Origin: an uncultured Methanomicrobiales archaeon
Lineage (GTDB): Archaea; Halobacteriota; Methanomicrobia; Methanomicrobiales; Methanospirillaceae
Length of the DNA stretch: 64,000 nt
Assembly: GCA_963758915.1 (NCBI GenBank)
Contig: CAVWXH010000009.1
Span: forward strand, 1-64,000
Reading direction: 5' to 3'
In this document: in pieces, positions 63,468-64,000 of the stretch
Position numbering within the stretch: position 1 is the stretch's first letter
Layout of the letters: each line of letters starts with the position of its first letter
Position numbers and translations under genes: made by a program
Notes under the pieces: generated by a model
What the model saw: only the letters and a program-made list of their open reading frames with translations
The model's database searches: none
Told to the model about the DNA's origin: nothing

Positions 63468-64000
63468 TTATAGTACCCTGAGTTTCTGACCAAATACCGG
63501 GAGAAAATCTTTTTTTCTCGACATTACGCCGTCAAGCCTGACAGGTTGCACAGTATACTCAAGCCCAAGGAGCGTGTTCTTATCCCCTGCCGCGAGGAGG
63601 TAACTGGTATTTCCCATCACGTTGGTAAAAAGTGCGAGGTACAGGTGAACACCATGTTCTTTCCTCAACGTTTCCAGTTCATTCCTGACCTCTTCAGCAT
63701 GGTTAAGGGGATAATCATCTGATGCCATCATCACCTGTGCGATGATCACGTCGCGGCCAAAAAGCGTGTAATGCTTCGTATCTGCCGTGAGAAGGTCACG
63801 GGGTGCTGCATGGACAAGATCCATCCCCTGCTTTATCAGGGCGGTCCCGAATTCTGCAGGGTCGAGCCCTGTGAGACCGGCAAGGAAGGAAACGGCTTTT
63901 TTGTCTTTTTCTGTGGTCGTCGACATCCGGAGCCCGAGCGTATCAGAGAGAATTCCTGCAAGGAGCATGCCTGCTGCAGGGACAGAGGGAGTCAGGCCCT
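63468..64000 (-). CDS. Mn-dependent inorganic pyrophosphatase (DHH/DHHA2), 5' part beyond the window
   Basis: GILSDT, DTKHY and GVMSRKKD DHHA2 motifs. Confidence 0.88.
   Translation of the reverse strand, partial: GLTPSVPAAGMLLAGILSDTLGLRMSTTTEKDKKAVSFLAGLTGLDPAEFGTALIKQGMDLVHAAPRDLLTADTKHYTLFGRDVIIAQVMMASDDYPLNHAEEVRNELETLRKEHGVHLYLALFTNVMGNTSYLLAAGDKNTLLGLEYTVQPVRLDGVMSRKKDFLPVFGQKLRVL

Overview
Archaeal chromosome segment from a hydrogenotrophic methanogen, most likely Methanomicrobiales/Methanoregulaceae. This placement is inferred from the gene set (mfnB, methanogenesis marker 8, archaeal ribosomal/SRP superoperon) and was not checked by search. The left part is the conserved rnp4-yhbY-rps19e-rpl39e-rpl31e-eIF6-rplX-pfdA-ftsY-srp54-trmY-pus10-rpl21e-rpoF-DUF655-rsmA-hemK cluster. 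The middle is housekeeping (purN, xseAB, hsp20, ychF, valS, tmk, mfnB, guaB, nrdD, thpR, cca). The right part holds accessory stress, signalling and surface genes. No rRNA, tRNA, CRISPR array or transposase gene was seen. Main observations: (1) a dense family of about 12 modular non-coding 230-570 bp elements with GGCTTTGTTGAAA-like terminal inverted repeats (IS903/IS6-like), one with an exact 9-bp flanking duplication, carrying a conserved multi-hairpin/G-quadruplex core and lying almost always just downstream of gene 3' ends; (2) a class III ribonucleotide reductase (NrdD) lacking its C-terminal Zn-site/glycyl-radical domain, implying a split enzyme; (3) HSR1-type heat-shock operators upstream of an ArsR regulator and hsp20; (4) a tmk gene that can only include its P-loop if it starts at a non-canonical CTG/ATT codon. 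Several homopolymer frameshifts and a chimeric-looking duplication in hemK suggest sequencing or assembly errors.
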